This document shows, piece after piece, positions 26,286 to 40,351 of a DNA stretch of 64,000 nt (position 1 is its first letter; every line of letters begins with the position of its first letter). The position numbers and the translations under genes were made by a program. The stretch is taken from NCBI GenBank assembly GCA_951406725.2, contig OX597820.1, forward strand, positions 122,264,001 through 122,328,000, given 5' to 3'. Under the pieces are notes generated by a model. That model was given only the letters and a program-made list of their open reading frames with translations, was not told where the DNA came from and searched no databases. Source of the DNA: Octopus vulgaris. Taxonomy: Eukaryota.

Positions 26286-27412
26286 GTATCCACAAACACA
26301 GACATTTCTCTGTATGCGAGTGTTTTAGTATGTTTGAATGTGCTTGTGTATACCAGTTTTCAGTCAAACCATCCAACCCATGGCAGCATGGAAAGCGAAC
26401 ATTAAATGATGATGATGATGATATATGTATATATACCACTTTGCAGACAGTTGGCAATTTTCAAATAAATTCTACTTCAGCTGATATCCAAATAACAATC
26501 TATGAATTTAAAATATTTTGTTTCCTTGCTGTGTGTCTGTTACACGAGTCTTTATGTTTCATAACGTACAATCTAAATTAAGGCTGAATGTTGTTGTTAG
26601 CCGTACATTTAAAATTTCTAAATCTACATGCTATTTATCCTGTATTATGATTTCAAAATGTGAATGTCTGATATATCATGTGCATTATGCGTGCATTTTG
26701 AGACATGAATAAAATATGGAAATTTGAACTAATAGCTAATGCAGTAACATAAATAAACAGAGGCCAATACCTCAAAGAGTTGATAAGAGTATTTTCTTGA
26801 AAAACAACACACTTCCAAATGACACTCCTTCTCTTTTGAACAATATTGAAATTGATCTTATATCTCTGTGTGTCTGTCATTCTCATTTATTTTCCCATTC
26901 CACTTTTTATTACAAACATGACTGTTGTGTAGTTGTGTTATCTATCAAAACTACTTAAAATTCTTCACTCCCTCAGTATTGACTAAAGATCTCTAAAACG
27001 TGATTTCTATCTCTTCAAATGAGTTTTGCATTTGCATTATATTTTCAATGTTATCTTTGCAGAACACAAGATACAAGCACACCATATCATGTATTTGCAA
27101 TATATACCATTTATATACCATAATGGCGGTGCCCCAGCATGGCCACAGCTCGTGAGCTGAAACTAGATAAAATAGAAAAAATTTAAAAAATTTGTTGTGC
27201 TATATATGTGTATGTGTTGAAACCTAAATTTTGAAGAAGTTTGTCCTAAAATCATGCGTACATGAATACACACACACACACACACACACATTTACACATA
27301 TAAACATATTCGGAATATTCAAAGGGATTACTTAAATGAGCACAGGGACTTGGTTTACATTTTAGTCATGATCTACTCCTGATCATGTTCAAAAGTACTG
27401 AATTATTGTTTG

Positions 27413-28684
27413 TATGAGGTGGCATCAAAGAGTTCCCTGACTAGTTCTGTAGCATGGAAACAGATGGCAGCACATGACTGTGTGCACAGGGAAAACTAGC
27501 AGTGACCTTCATGAGGCAGTGGGTCGAGTGACATCACAGTGTTCAGTTCACAAGTTGTGAGATTTGTGTTTTTGTGATCACGTGTGTATGTTGTAGTCTG
27601 TGATTTTGTGAGGAATAGGAAGCTGGAACAAAGACCCAATGTGAAATTCTGCATTCAACTTGGAGGGAAGTCAGCTACAGAGACATTGAGCATGTATCAG
27701 CAAGCTTACGGCAATGAGGCAGTGGCTCATGCACAATGAGCGATCTGGAAGGCCTACCATGACCATCACCCCTGGAAATGTGGAGGAAATTCATCAGCTT
27801 ATGTATGAGGATAGTCAGAGGACAATCAGCAACATTGGTGATGTTGTTGTCCTGTCATATGGGTCTTTGTAGGCAATCCCCACATCTGAATTGAATGTGT
27901 GGCATTCTGCTGACCACTGAGCAGAAAGAACACCACATCGAAGTCTGTCAAGATCTCTGTCCACATGTCACTGTTGACCCATCCTTCATGTTGAGGATCA
28001 TCACCATTGATGAGAGTTGGGCCCATGGGTACAACTCTGAGATAATGCAGCAGCAGCAGCAGTCACAATCAAAGAGGTCTTCATTTCCATGATTGAAAAA
28101 GGCACAACAGAGCTGCAGGTCAATCAAGAGTGTCCTCATTGATTTTTCAATGTCTGCGGTATTGTGCTTCGAGAATTCATCCTGCAGGCCCAGATTATCA
28201 ATCAAGAGTTCTACTGAGATGTTTTGAAGAATCTGAGGGAGGACATTCAGCGAAAGTGAGAAGATCTGCGGAGTGTGAAGAATTGGATTCTTCATGTTGA
28301 CAATGCATACTCAGTCACTGAGCTCACCTCACTCATGAATTTCTCACCAAAAAACAATGTGCTATCACTTTGCATCTGACCTATTTGCCAGATTTAGCAC
28401 CTGCAGACTTGCATCTCTTCACCAAGATGAAAATGCAGCTCAAAGGTCACTGTTTCAACACCTTTGTTGAGATCCAGAGCAAACCACAAAAGGTCCTCAA
28501 CTTGCTTACAGAAAATGACTTCCAGGTTGGATTCCAAAAGTGGCTGAAATGCTGGGACCAGTGTATTGCTGTGCAAGGTGATTATTTCAAAGGAGATGAT
28601 GTTAAAACTTAGGTAAATAAGTTCTTTTTCTCTTTTTTTTTAACAAAACTAAGTTCAGGAACTTTTTGATACCAATTCCACATA
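27413..28684 (+). mobile_element. Degenerate mariner (Tc1/mariner, D,D34D type) transposon, near full length
   Basis: TIRs tatgaggtggcatcaaagagttccctgactag / aagttcaggaactttttgatacc..cata. Peptides EQRPNVKFC..GKSATET, IITIDESWAHGY, LHVDNA, YLPDLAPADLHLF and WDQCIAVQGDYF, with frameshifts. Confidence 0.92.
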
Positions 28685-29553
28685 TCTACAATGAAAATGC
28701 TTTAGCTGAGAACAGAATATCCTGTTGTCCACTTTGGAATTGTAATAAAAAAAAGCAAGAATACTGGTCTATTTGTAATAACTAACCATATATACAAATG
28801 AGAGAGAAAGTGAATAATGAACGTAGGTGTATTATTGCAAAATCTCATTTTCTCTTAAGAGTTTGACTGACAAGTTGTTATGTTTTATCTGCCATTGTTC
28901 AATCTACATCAAACATGCCTCAAATTAAAGGCATTTCATCAGAGAACATTCTGTAATATTCAGTTATGAAAGAAATTCAGAACTTTTATCATGCAATGTG
29001 CTCTTTACTAAGATATCTAGGTGTGAGAGGCGAATGATAGGGTCACTATTTCTAGTAAGTTGAGCAAGCATGTTGAAGCTCCCTCGTTAGCTCGTTCTAC
29101 TGAATCTTATAAGTTGATGGAGATAATAGTTGTATGTCGTTATCTTTATGAGTGCTGACAGCTGCTGCATACAGCCGAATAAAATATTAACACTTACAGT
29201 TGCAAAGATGCTATTTTCTATGGACCGCATGAAACTTGATGATACTTAAGTATTAACATATGTGTTATGCTTCAGTGGTCCTGATATATTTTTAATACAT
29301 TTCAAATCTATATTTTCCAGTTGTTATTCATGTCAATGCAATGAAGGAAGACTTACTGTAGCAAATGGTTAAATAAGATAGCATCACATAAATAACTTTA
29401 AAAAAAACTTACCTCCCTCCACCTCCATAGTAGCTGCAAATGGAAGCAAAACTGTGTGCGCATGCGGGCACACACACACACATGTATACATATACATACA
29501 CACACATATATATATATATATATAAAAATAAGCAACGAGAATGACTCCGGTAA

Positions 29554-29641
29554 TTTGGTACGATTGTTTCATACTACATCATTTTATTAAATGTTGTAAG
29601 TATTACAACAGTTTTAAAATGCTGAGCACTCATCAGCCATT
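29554..29641 (-). ncRNA. Hammerhead ribozyme with extended 59-nt stem II (copy 1)
   Basis: Minus strand: tgg-CTGATGA-gtgct[cagcattttaaaactgttgtaatacttacaacatttaataaaatgatgt]agtat-GAAA-caatc-GTA-cca, in a (TA)n-adjacent element. Confidence 0.75.
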
Positions 29642-29807
29642 TATAGAGGTTTCCCATTAATACAAAAATTTTCATATCAAGTGGATATAAATCGTGTTAA
29701 ATGTAGGTGTTGTAGTAGTAGAGGTAGCAGTAGTAGCAGTCGCAGCATCAATGACTGGTGTGTCGTAGTTTACCGATAGTTTCTAGAAACATCAAGTACA
29801 ACCTCTC

Positions 29808-30037
29808 TTAACCCTTTAGTGTTTAAACTGGCCAAATCCTGCCCAATATATTCCACATGTTTTATATTCAAATTTGCAATATCTAGCCTCTCACACCTAA
29901 CCTACATTGACATTCTAAAAATAAACAATCAGATCATTGAAACCTCAAAGCTAGAAGATAATGCATGATTAATTCAAAACAATTTGAGTAAAAAATATAT
30001 TACATTTAACAGAGTAATCTGAACACTAAACGGTTAA
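29808..30037. mobile_element. piggyBac-like MITE (TTAA TSD)
   Basis: TTAAccctttagtgttt ... gaacactaaacggTTAA; a related degraded copy lies at ~42280-42470. Confidence 0.75.
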
Positions 30038-30282
30038 GAAACATTCTTTAGTAGAAATTATTCTTAAAATCAGGTGTCAACAGCATAAGTCCCATTATGA
30101 TTTTTGTACATGTGTGATCAATAATCTCTTCAGTGACAACATTGAAAGTGATAATGATGATTATGACAATTAATAGATATACAAAGACTCAAGGTGTCCA
30201 CTAATGCAAATTCATATAAGCACACATTCACATACATACCCTAAATACCTATACACACACACACACATATATATATATATAT

Positions 30283-30536
30283 TCAGCAAAAATTTTGATA
30301 CAGATGAATATGGTACTTAAGTTAAAGGCACCAGAATTTGCTATGGTATTATCCATATAAATCAAATAGGGTGATTATAATCAAAATAAGCAACAAGGAT
30401 ATCCAAAGGTAGTGTAGTACAATCGTTTCATGCTACTTCATTTAATTAAACAATGTAAGTATTACATCAGTTTTAAAATGTAGAGCACTCTTCAGCCACA
30501 TATGGAATTTTTTAAATTAAATTTTAAAATTAAATT

Positions 30537-30540
<4 letters not shown>
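30283..30540 (-). mobile_element. (TA)n-flanked short element carrying hammerhead copy 2
   Basis: Bounded by (TA)n on both sides; homologous to 29524-29650 (aaaataagcaac..). Confidence 0.65.
30413..30500 (-). ncRNA. Hammerhead ribozyme with extended 59-nt stem II (copy 2)
   Basis: Minus strand: tgtgg-CTGAAGA-gtgct[ctacattttaaaactgatgtaatacttacattgtttaattaaatgaagt]agcat-GAAA-cgatt-GTA-ctaca; 5-bp stem I. Confidence 0.8.
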
Positions 30541-30574
<34 letters not shown>

Positions 30575-32042
30575 AATTTACATGCATACATATGCATTCA
30601 TAGAAGTAAGCGCATATATTAACACATATCCCTCCCCCCACAAAAAAAACAAAAAACATACACATCTGTATAAGTGTTTTAGATATTATTTTGCTGTTGC
30701 TATTGATGATGATGATGATGATGATTGTATGAAAATACATTGAGTAAGACCTTGTTGCTAACTGATGACTTGGAATGTGATTGGTTTGAAGGCTGCTTCT
30801 TGGATTCCTTGAGGTTTCTATGGTAGAAAGGAAGAACTGCTGTTTTTGGTATATACATTATTGAATGGCATCGATGTTTTCCATTGTCTAATCAATCAGA
30901 GGAGAGGAAAAGGGGGGAAAAAATTGTAGAAGTATATAAATGAAAAGGACAAGAGGAAGCAGATAGAAGAGGCTTAAGAGAGAGTTGCAGAGAAATGGAA
31001 GGCGGTGAAATTCCTTTCCATTTATGAGTCATTCCAAGATGCTTCCTGTTGTGAATGCCCGGACTGTCTTTCTTGCACAGGCAGACATTATGAAAATTGT
31101 GTGTATGACTGAATGTTGCCTCCATGTTTGTGTGTCTGTAGATGAATGGCTCTGCTGGAAAAAGTTTTGCAAGGTTGGAAAGAAAAGATTTTTTACTGCA
31201 TAACTAATGGAAGGTTATGAAGAGATTCTATAGGAAAAACATCAACATCATTCTATTCATTATTATTGTTCTTGCGTTGGCCTTTGCAAATCAATTTTTT
31301 CTCAGTTTTGACAGTAGTAAGGTTTTTATCCTTTGCTTTTGTTTCCATTTTTTTTTTATTTTCGTTTGTTTTGTTTCATGATTTATTGACATTTAAAATA
31401 AGTGTTTATTTTCTAAACACATTCTTAACAAAGTTATTTCATTTTTGAAACCTCTGCTGTTCCGCCTCATGAAATTTTCCTTATATGGTCTCTCTCTCTC
31501 TGTATATATATATATATATATACAACCCATGTTGCCTATTATTGCCATCGCCTTCCCCTCCCCCCACCACCACCACTCATATTTGCCAGTGACTCTGCCT
31601 CCACCAGTGTTCACCATTCACTGCCTTCACCTTTCCCTCTCATTCCATCTGCTGCTCACCTTTTATATTCCTGCGAATCTACCTGACCATTCACCCTTGC
31701 CAGTCTTCTCTGCTACTCCTCTTATATTCACTGTCCCGCAGTTTGAGGGTACAACCTGATCTCTCTTCACTGCCATCTTCTCTCTTTTTCTAGCAGAGTC
31801 AGCTATGCATCTCCCCTACTATAGACACCTGCTTTTGTCATTGTATCATACTGTAACCCCTCATCCCCTGACGTAAAGGCCACCTCCCTCAAGACTACAC
31901 CCGTCTCGTTTGGGGAGGTTTGCTCTTGTTAGTTACTTTGTTGACTCACTGGTGACAGTGTATTGTAAAAGATTTACCAGGACATTCTGAAGGAGTTTCC
32001 ATTAGGATGGGCGTCCAGCTATAGAAGCTATGCGAAAGCAGC

Positions 32043-32270
32043 TTAACCCTTTCATTACTGTATTTCTGTTGAGATGCTCTGTGTTTCTTTCAATTACTTT
32101 AAATATAACAAAGAATTTAGTAAAACAACTTAGTCATCTTTCAGCTGGTGTTAGGGTCATAAAGTGTGACTAAGGTTTGGTGGAAGATTTCAATTCAAAA
32201 CTTATGAAAACAAAACATTTGTACTCAGAGCCAGGGCCGGTTTCAGCCGGGTTGGTAATGAAAGGGTTAA
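32043..32270. mobile_element. piggyBac-like MITE (TTAA TSD), second family
   Basis: TTAAccctttcattac ... gtaatgaaagggTTAA perfect terminal inverted repeat. Confidence 0.85.
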
Positions 32271-32802
32271 AGGTGCTTTGCACCGTTTTTAGACTTCTTG
32301 ACTTCTGTGAAACTGTGCAACCTATGTCAGCATGGGAGATGAGTTTTGGATGTCTAAACTGAAAGAGCATCAACAAACACTGAAACTATGAGACTCACTG
32401 TGTATTTCAGCATTTAGGGGTATATACAAGTAAATATTAATTAATGTATATGTGTGTGTCTGTGTGACAGCCTGGAATTTAGGAGATAAATCATGATCTC
32501 ACATACACGCACACACACATAGAGAGAGAGAGTGTGTGAGAGACATGAATGTATGAGTGTGTGTTCATATATAAATATGACTCATGCCTATGTTATTATA
32601 CGTTCATTAGCTTATATTTGTGTATATCAATATCTGTGTACATCTATTTCGGCAAAACATAAAATTAAATATATTTATTTTCTAGCACTCACAAATACAT
32701 ACTTAGACATAGAAATATGCCTCATTAAAGTAGTTCATATTTCTGAAAAAGAATCATACTTGAAAGCATTAGAGCAGTAATATATTTTTTAAGTAGTCAA
32801 AG

Positions 32803-33032
32803 GTTATGACTGGCCATAGAGTGACCATTCGGTTTGCACCTATAAAGCACTTAGCAGTATAGGCAGCTCATAAGACTCAACTAGCGGAAGATATATAACT
32901 GATCATTATGTATTTTTTACTCAAGTTGTGGAGAGGCTATGCATCCTGAGCCATTTGAGTCTGACAAGTCACCTGTATCGCTAAGTGCTTTATAGGTGCA
33001 AAACCACTGCTCCCTCTATGGCCAGTCATAAC
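32803..33032. mobile_element. Fold-back MITE-like element with ~80-bp imperfect inverted arms
   Basis: gttatgactggccataga..tttgcacctataaagcacttagc / gctaagtgctttataggtgcaaa..tctatggccagtcataac. Confidence 0.75.
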
Positions 33033-33426
33033 TCCTGACTTACAAATATATGTATATGGGAAATTGTTTGTACTTTCTTGTCTCTTTTTCTATTTTGTCA
33101 TTTTTTTTTTTCATAACAATCTCTTTTCCTCTTTTTCTTGAAATGTATCAATATTCCCAATTTCATGTCATGATATATATATATATATATATAATAACAC
33201 ACATTTATATATACACATACACACTCACACACATACACACACACCTTATCATCTAATCTGTATTCCTGCAATATTTTTGTTCTTATTTTCTTGGTTTCTC
33301 CAGTAAGGTACTCAAGGTATACAGGTGAGCAAGGCTAGTCTAATAATGCATGATAGACATCATTTGGTTTTGGTTTCTTTTCTTACCAATTCAGTGGTAT
33401 GTGCCAGTATGCCAAATCCTCTTTAT

Positions 33427-33463
<37 letters not shown>

Positions 33464-34779
33464 ACATCTTTTTCACTCTTATCACTGTCTTCCCAATTTC
33501 TCTCCTCATCTACACCATTTTTTTTCTTACAGCAGCCATTAGTACTCTCATTCAGATTACAATCCATATTTTTCTGAGACACTAAAGCAAAATTTAATGT
33601 TAATTATTTTTTTCTAGAGTTATTTCTTAAAGATCTTTTGATCATTAACACACACACACTCACACATGCACGGTTCATATAAAGTAAAGAGAGAATATAA
33701 TTTTCTCTCCAAACAATATCTGATCTAAGTCTTTTTATTTATTCATTTCTAATAAGTATTGTATTTCTATATATACATATATTCAGTTCTTTTTTTTTCT
33801 CTGCACTCTCTCACACACATACGCACACACATGCAAATATATAACTTGTCTTTCATCTGATATTCATTTAATATTTAAAAAAATCACAATTATCATTAAT
33901 TATCTACATTTTTTTTTGTCTTCATCATTGATTTATTATCAGAAAATTATTTTATGGCTATTATTTTTGTTTTAAATTCTGTTCAAGATTTTTATTGAAC
34001 ACCTGATAAATTTTGCATTTTACTCACTGTATATCGATGGCCAGACTCAGAATTTGGAAAAAAAAAAAAAAATCATGTAAATGTTAAAACATTCTTACAA
34101 CAGTCTCTAACATATTAAATCCTTTCCTGATAAGGACTCTGTGTACTGAAAGCTTCTGTTGTAATCTGTTTGAAATTATCACTTAAAAGTTGCTCTTCAT
34201 TTATGATTGTCTTTCTTTCAGCTCATAATGCTGCTGAATTTAATACAAAATATATTACTTAATGTGACTAGAGTACTAAGTATGGTGGTGGCGGTAATAA
34301 TTTGCAATAATTCAGTACCTCTTTTGATTGGTACCTTTGCATTTTTGGTGCACAGTGCAATAGTACTGGATAAATTTGATGCCCTTGTGCAATTATTATC
34401 ATCATCATCATCATCTAAAGCAACATTTTAATTATTATGAGAATCCATACTGACTGAGCGGCTGAAATTGTTTTCGTAAGAAAACAATCAAATAATCTAG
34501 ATGCTTAAAAAAAGATTATTTACCTAACATAGAAATGATGAGCAGTACTGAACATTAAGAGTACTAAAATGAGAATCATCCATAATTTACCTTGGGGATA
34601 TAACTTCTACAAAGAGATTCTTGTGTCTGTGCTACAAAAATAAACATTATTACTATTTTGAACATTACTGATGGCAACAAATTTAATTTTATTTATCCCA
34701 TAGACTTCTAAGACTTCATGCATGCATTAAAAAAAAAAACAGGAGCTAAGTACTTTTTGTTGATTGACAGAATCAGTAA

Positions 34780-35885
34780 AGGAGTAGGTAGGATGTCATT
34801 TGGTTTTTAGTTCCATGATTTTATGGTATCTTTCAGCTTTCAGGTGATGATAAAATAAGTACTACTTATCAAGAATTAGTCATGGAGGGCTCAGTTAAAA
34901 TTACTCTGCCACCCACAAAATTTATGCCATCTATTTAATTTGGAAAATATTATTATCATTAAGGGTAGTAGATTACCCAAAACTGTACCAGTGACTCTTA
35001 ATTTATTCATATTCTGAATTCAAATTCTGTCAAGATTGCCCTTGTTTTCATCCCTTCAGTCAATAAAATAGGATGCAGTAATGTGCAAAGATCTATCTAA
35101 TAATCTCTATCTATTGCTTATAAATTTATGGCTTTGTTCCAAAGTGGAGAAGCCAATAATATTAAAAATGTAGCTGCTGATGTAATAGAAATAGTAGGAG
35201 TTGGATATGAAGCTGATCAGTGTTTTCGATTTAGCACTAAAGATCTTTTACCATGGGTTAAACTGAGAAATAACCATTACCAGGCTACTGAATTGGCAGG
35301 ATTTTTTATGCTACCAGACCATATCATTTAGTTTCATTATTCTATATTCTAACCCCTTCGATTTCACTTCATTTTCTTTCCTGCACAAAAATTGAAATAA
35401 GTATGAGTACCAGTAATATAAAGGACTTCTCTCTCAAATATTCCTCTTCTCTACTTACTGGATGGACAGAAGTCATAATTATTTTCATCATATGGTTTTG
35501 GTTATGATTTCAAGACAATCTTTTTACATTTAAATATTTTGAATGCCCTAAAGTTTGTAAATATAAAAAAAAAAAAATCTGAGCTTCTTACCATGTCAAA
35601 CTTGTATAGCGTTCTGCCGAATGAAATGGTAGAATCATCAGAGCTTTGATCTAGAAGCTTAGTGGCATTTCTTCTGGTTCTTTATATTCTAAGCTCAAAA
35701 TCTTGCCAACTTTGCCTGTCATCCATTTGGGACCAATAAAAGTACCAGTCATTTACTGGGGACAATGTATTTCACTAACACCACTCCATCTAAAATTCCT
35801 AGCTTTGTGTCAAAAGTTGAAACACTTCTTTTTTATCCCCCTCCCCCTCCTCCTACATCTTCAAATTTATGGACTTGTGTCCAGT
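34780..35885 (+). mobile_element. Cluster of old degraded SINE family 3 copies
   Basis: Repeated remnants of ttctga(g)ttcaaatt, ttttcatccc, ataaaataagtac and ttgtgcc..aaa..gaa at ~34800, 34960, 35280 and 35620. Confidence 0.55.
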
Positions 35886-35929
35886 AGTAGTAAACATTAT
35901 CATTGTTCAAATTCCATAAAGTGTTGTTG

Positions 35930-36240
35930 TCGTCATCATCATCATCATCATAATCATCATCATCATCATCATCATTATCATCATCATCATAATCATTATC
36001 ATCATCTTTTAACGTCCCTCTTTCTTGCTTGCATGGATTATTTGGTTTGACAGGATTTGGTAGGCCTGAGGAGTGTACTGTGCTCCTGTGTCTGCCTCAG
36101 TGTGGTCTCTATGACTGAATGCCCTTCTTAATGCCAACCATTTTACAGAGTCTAAAGGTGTTGTTTACATTGCACCAACACCAGTGAGGTTGCCATGCAG
36201 CTCACAAGACTAGCAACCTTTTGATTGAGTGATACTATAG
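35930..36240 (-). mobile_element. Diverged RTE 3'UTR copy with long (GAT)n tail
   Basis: (CAT)n, then ttttaacgtcc...gaatgcccttcttaatgccaacca. Confidence 0.7.
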
Positions 36241-39072
36241 TAGAGAGGAAGGCACATTACGGAAGAATAGACAATGTTTAGAGGAAGAGAATGTGATTGT
36301 CTACCATTTTTAAGTTCCCCAAACTGTCCATTTGTTACTATTCATATTCAAATCAAAATCTTGACATAAATTGTGTTACTTAGTTGTAAAGGGATTTCAT
36401 AAGATAAACATTTGTTGTACAACATCCTATATTACTATGAGATGCATTTTGATAATTTCGTTTTCCCATGTACCAGTTACATTGTAGGGCCCCTGTAATC
36501 TGACCATACCCTTCTCTAATTTTGTACCTTTCATTAATTTAGAATATTATTATTATTATTATAAATATCATTATTGCTAATATGTTAGCTCTAGTATTTG
36601 CAGTTTCTTTCTTTTTATCATTCACTCCATTTCCTTGTATTTCCATAGTTACATATTTATCTACTTATATTCTTCTATGTATCTCTTCTATTTCTCTTAA
36701 TAAAGCAATATTTTCTTTCCAAAAAGACTGAAAGAGCAATTCTTTTTGAAAACAAACACCCTCTTCACATGAAATACTCAAATGCAATTACTTAAAAATA
36801 AAATTGTTTTATCGAAAACTGCTATCACTGTCAGTTGGGAATAGATAGCATCAAAATAAATGTAAATCGCTTCTCTGATTTCTTTCACACACGTGCACAC
36901 ACATATGCACATGCACACACACAAACTCTTGCATACACACACATGCACACACACAAACTCTTGCATACACACACACACTCTTTCTCTCTCTTTCCCCCAT
37001 TTACGCCTCCATCTCAAACTCACAACTTTAATTTGTAGATCTATGATCAGTGAACTCCCATCTTATAGATCTATCATCAAACTAAAAATAAGTCCCATTA
37101 CATAGTTTAGATCATCTAATATATCATCAATCATAGAAGTTCAATACATCGATATATCTTATACCAAACATAAGCAGTTCAATACTTCTTTCATTAAGCA
37201 TAGAACATCATAGAACCCATTTATCAGATCTATCTTTCATGAAACAGAGAAATTCAATGCATATCTCTTTATAGCATCATGTGTATGAAAAGCTTACACA
37301 TAGATCTATCTTTCATTTGGTCTTATCTGTTTATCGATTTCTCTAACTACCTATCTATCTATCATAAATTATGTGCTCAATACATAGATCATTTATCAAA
37401 CATATAACTACCGTAGTTTGTCCAATATATATGAAACTTAGAATTTCTGTTGACGTTATCGCTTCCTCATCAAACATCCCAGCACTCACCACTAAACAGA
37501 CCTATCTCAACAAATACCAAGCTTATTTATTTACAAGTTGTTTATCATTGAAAAATCATTTTTAATACATACATTACCAAAATTTAAAATATCAACATGC
37601 AAGATCTATCTTTTACTCTGTAATCCTTGTAAATCGCTAAATTTAGCCACGATACAATTACTGATGCTCGTTGAATGAAACTGGTCATTCGTTGGCTTGC
37701 AACGCATTTCTTTCTAAATCTCAAGTGAAATTATAATTCAATCATTTGTTTATGTCAAATTCCGTTGTAATTATGAATGCTTTTGTGGTTTAAATAGAGG
37801 AATATTAAAATCTGTCTATTTCAAATCTGTTTATCTTTTATTCAACAATTTGGCAACAGCAGAACACCGCTCCTCACTCTTTAACTTAAACCTCACTCAA
37901 TACACAGATCAAACAATTGTGTAAATGTATTGTACTCTTACTAGGGATTCTGCTTTCCACTCCTCAGAACTTACAGCACAAAATGCATCATGCATTGCCC
38001 AGATGAATGCAATAATGTTGCACGACAACTGGCAGTCAAAACTAAAGAAAAAGGAAATATTCTCATATCTTGTAGAAGGCTGTTTGCATGAATGAATTTT
38101 TCTCTTCCTCTCTTTCCTCATTCACTATCTCTTCCCTGTCAACTTGTCTTCATCTATCTCTCGATATCTCTTTTCTTTCTCTTTCTTTCTTTCTTTCTTT
38201 GTCTTAGAGCTATCACTTACTGACTTTGATATTTTTCTCTATATGAAGACCACTTCAAGCTGATATGATCACCTCTTCCATTGAGCCTTTCATAACACTT
38301 GTGGAATGGTTTGAGTTGATTTCCAGCACTGACGGACATGGTTCATGAATCACCCTTTCCTGCTTACTCACTTGAGCCATTCATTCAGTCACTCAATTTC
38401 TTGACGTAATCCTCTCACTCATTAAACCTCCACTGAATACATATTCATTCACTCCAGCATTTCATTTCACTTTATCCATGCATCCATTGGCTGCTCGTTC
38501 CAAATACATCACAATCTCTCTCCACCAATCAAAATTCTTGCTATTTCGCTATTTCTGCTGACCCTGTCATCATACTGTGTCGAAGTTGCTCTGTCAGCAT
38601 TTCAAATTTCAACCTGTCAAACAATACACCACCCAAATTATATGAGCATTTTTTGTTTATATATATATATATATATACGCACATACACATTTCTGTGCAT
38701 GTACGTGTATTTATATACATACATGCATATACATTTTCCTTTTTACACATGTACGTGCACATGGCACTGATTGAAACACACACAGCCTCTCTCACTCTTT
38801 CTCTCTCACATACGCACACAAGCTTCACACACACACAAAACTTCACAGACACACTTCACCCTCGTATCCCATTATTTATTAGCTGTGTCCAAAATGTTAG
38901 CATGCACAAGTGTGGGTGTAGAGTGTAATTTGAACTTGGATGTCTGCGAGGAGTGCCTATATACTACTTGTACTCGAACATATGAGAGCTTGTTTGTATG
39001 CGTGAGTATGTTTGCATGTGTGTAAAGAGGGAATTGTTCACTATAAAATTATTTGTTCCTTCTTACCCCCAG

Positions 39073-39438
39073 GCTGGCCAGCAGGCGCAGCACCTCCTTC
39101 TGTTATGGCTTATGGGGCCTGCCCACTGCAACAGTGCAATGCAGACCAGAGTCCAACAATGGCACCAGATGATATGGCCGACTTCTATAACTATGCAAGC
39201 GCTGGGTCAGACGGTGACATCGAGACAGACTACGGCATATCTTCCTCACACCCCCGGTTCAGTCACCGGCAAAAATCAACTAACGCATCCCACCACCATA
39301 TAGACTCTGAGAGTTCGTCTCTCTCTTCTTCAGCTGGCCTTGCTAGTAGCCACTTGAAAGACGCAAATGTCTGCGCGAAACTCTCTGATTCAGACGGCAC
39401 CGATCAAGAAACTGCTACCATACATTACGGCCATGCAG
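39073..39438 (+). CDS. TENM: Internal coding exon (366 nt, phase 1-1), teneurin-like N-terminal intracellular domain
   Basis: Acceptor ttgttccttcttacccccag|G and donor CAG|gtaaaa; GC/CpG-richer open frame GWPAGAAPP..FYNYASAGSDGDIETDYGISSSH..SSSLSS..KLSDSDGTDQET..HAG. Resembles vertebrate teneurin [35 protein letters not shown] (from memory). The exon is well supported; the gene identity is moderately supported. Confidence 0.72.
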
Positions 39439-40351
39439 GTAAAAAAAAAAAAAATATGAAAAAAGAATAATAAATTTCTAAAAATTAATCTAAAAATTAA
39501 AAAAAATAATTTTTAAAAGTTTGAAAAATAAAAGTAAACAAAAAAATATGTAATTAAGACATAAAAAATTGTTTTCAAAGGTTACTACTACTACTGCTAC
39601 TACTACTGCTGCTGTTGCTGCTGCTGCTGCAGCTGCTCCTACTAACACTAACCAACTCCCATCCCACATGAAATAGCTTGTCCAATCTATGCTTGCTCAA
39701 TCTAAGCTATCAATGAAGGATTTACTGTGCATGGGGGAAACGAGCCATTGTGTATTCTTTGCATGCTAAGTGCATGTATGTAAAATGCATTCATATGCTG
39801 CAGATGTGCATATGCATGCACATACTGACAGACAGACACATATACACACACACTATTTCTGCAAGTACAATTACATATGAATTTATCCCCCAATTTTTTA
39901 CTGCAATAAGTAATGCATCTACTGCAGATTACTTGCTGCCCCATGGTAACTCCATGACTACTTCACCTCTTTAATATTGATGCTGAAATGCTCCATGTTA
40001 TTTTTGCTTCCAAGACTACTCCCCTGCTTATTAATTAATTACTCTTACTGCAATTATTAATTCTGCTCCCCACTGCTGATGATCCTACTACTACTACTAC
40101 TACTTCTGTTCCCTCTACTCTTCCTACTACTATCCTATGTGCATTGACAGACATATTGGATCATGGCATGAAGATGCCTGTCCAAATTCTTTACGTTCTG
40201 AGTTCAAATTCAGCTTTGATTGCTTGGCAGGGACCAATTTTCAAGGTCAATAAAATAAGGAACCAATGAAGCACCATGATCAATTACCTTAAACCCTTCA
40301 AATATAATGTTACCATAATCTGTTTGTGGGAATCAATATTACAAGAGCTTT

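Noticed and set aside
30740-31322. Unique non-repeat block ending at a gtaagg donor-like site (possible non-coding exon)
   Set aside because: No open frame or other support; cannot be judged without RNA data.
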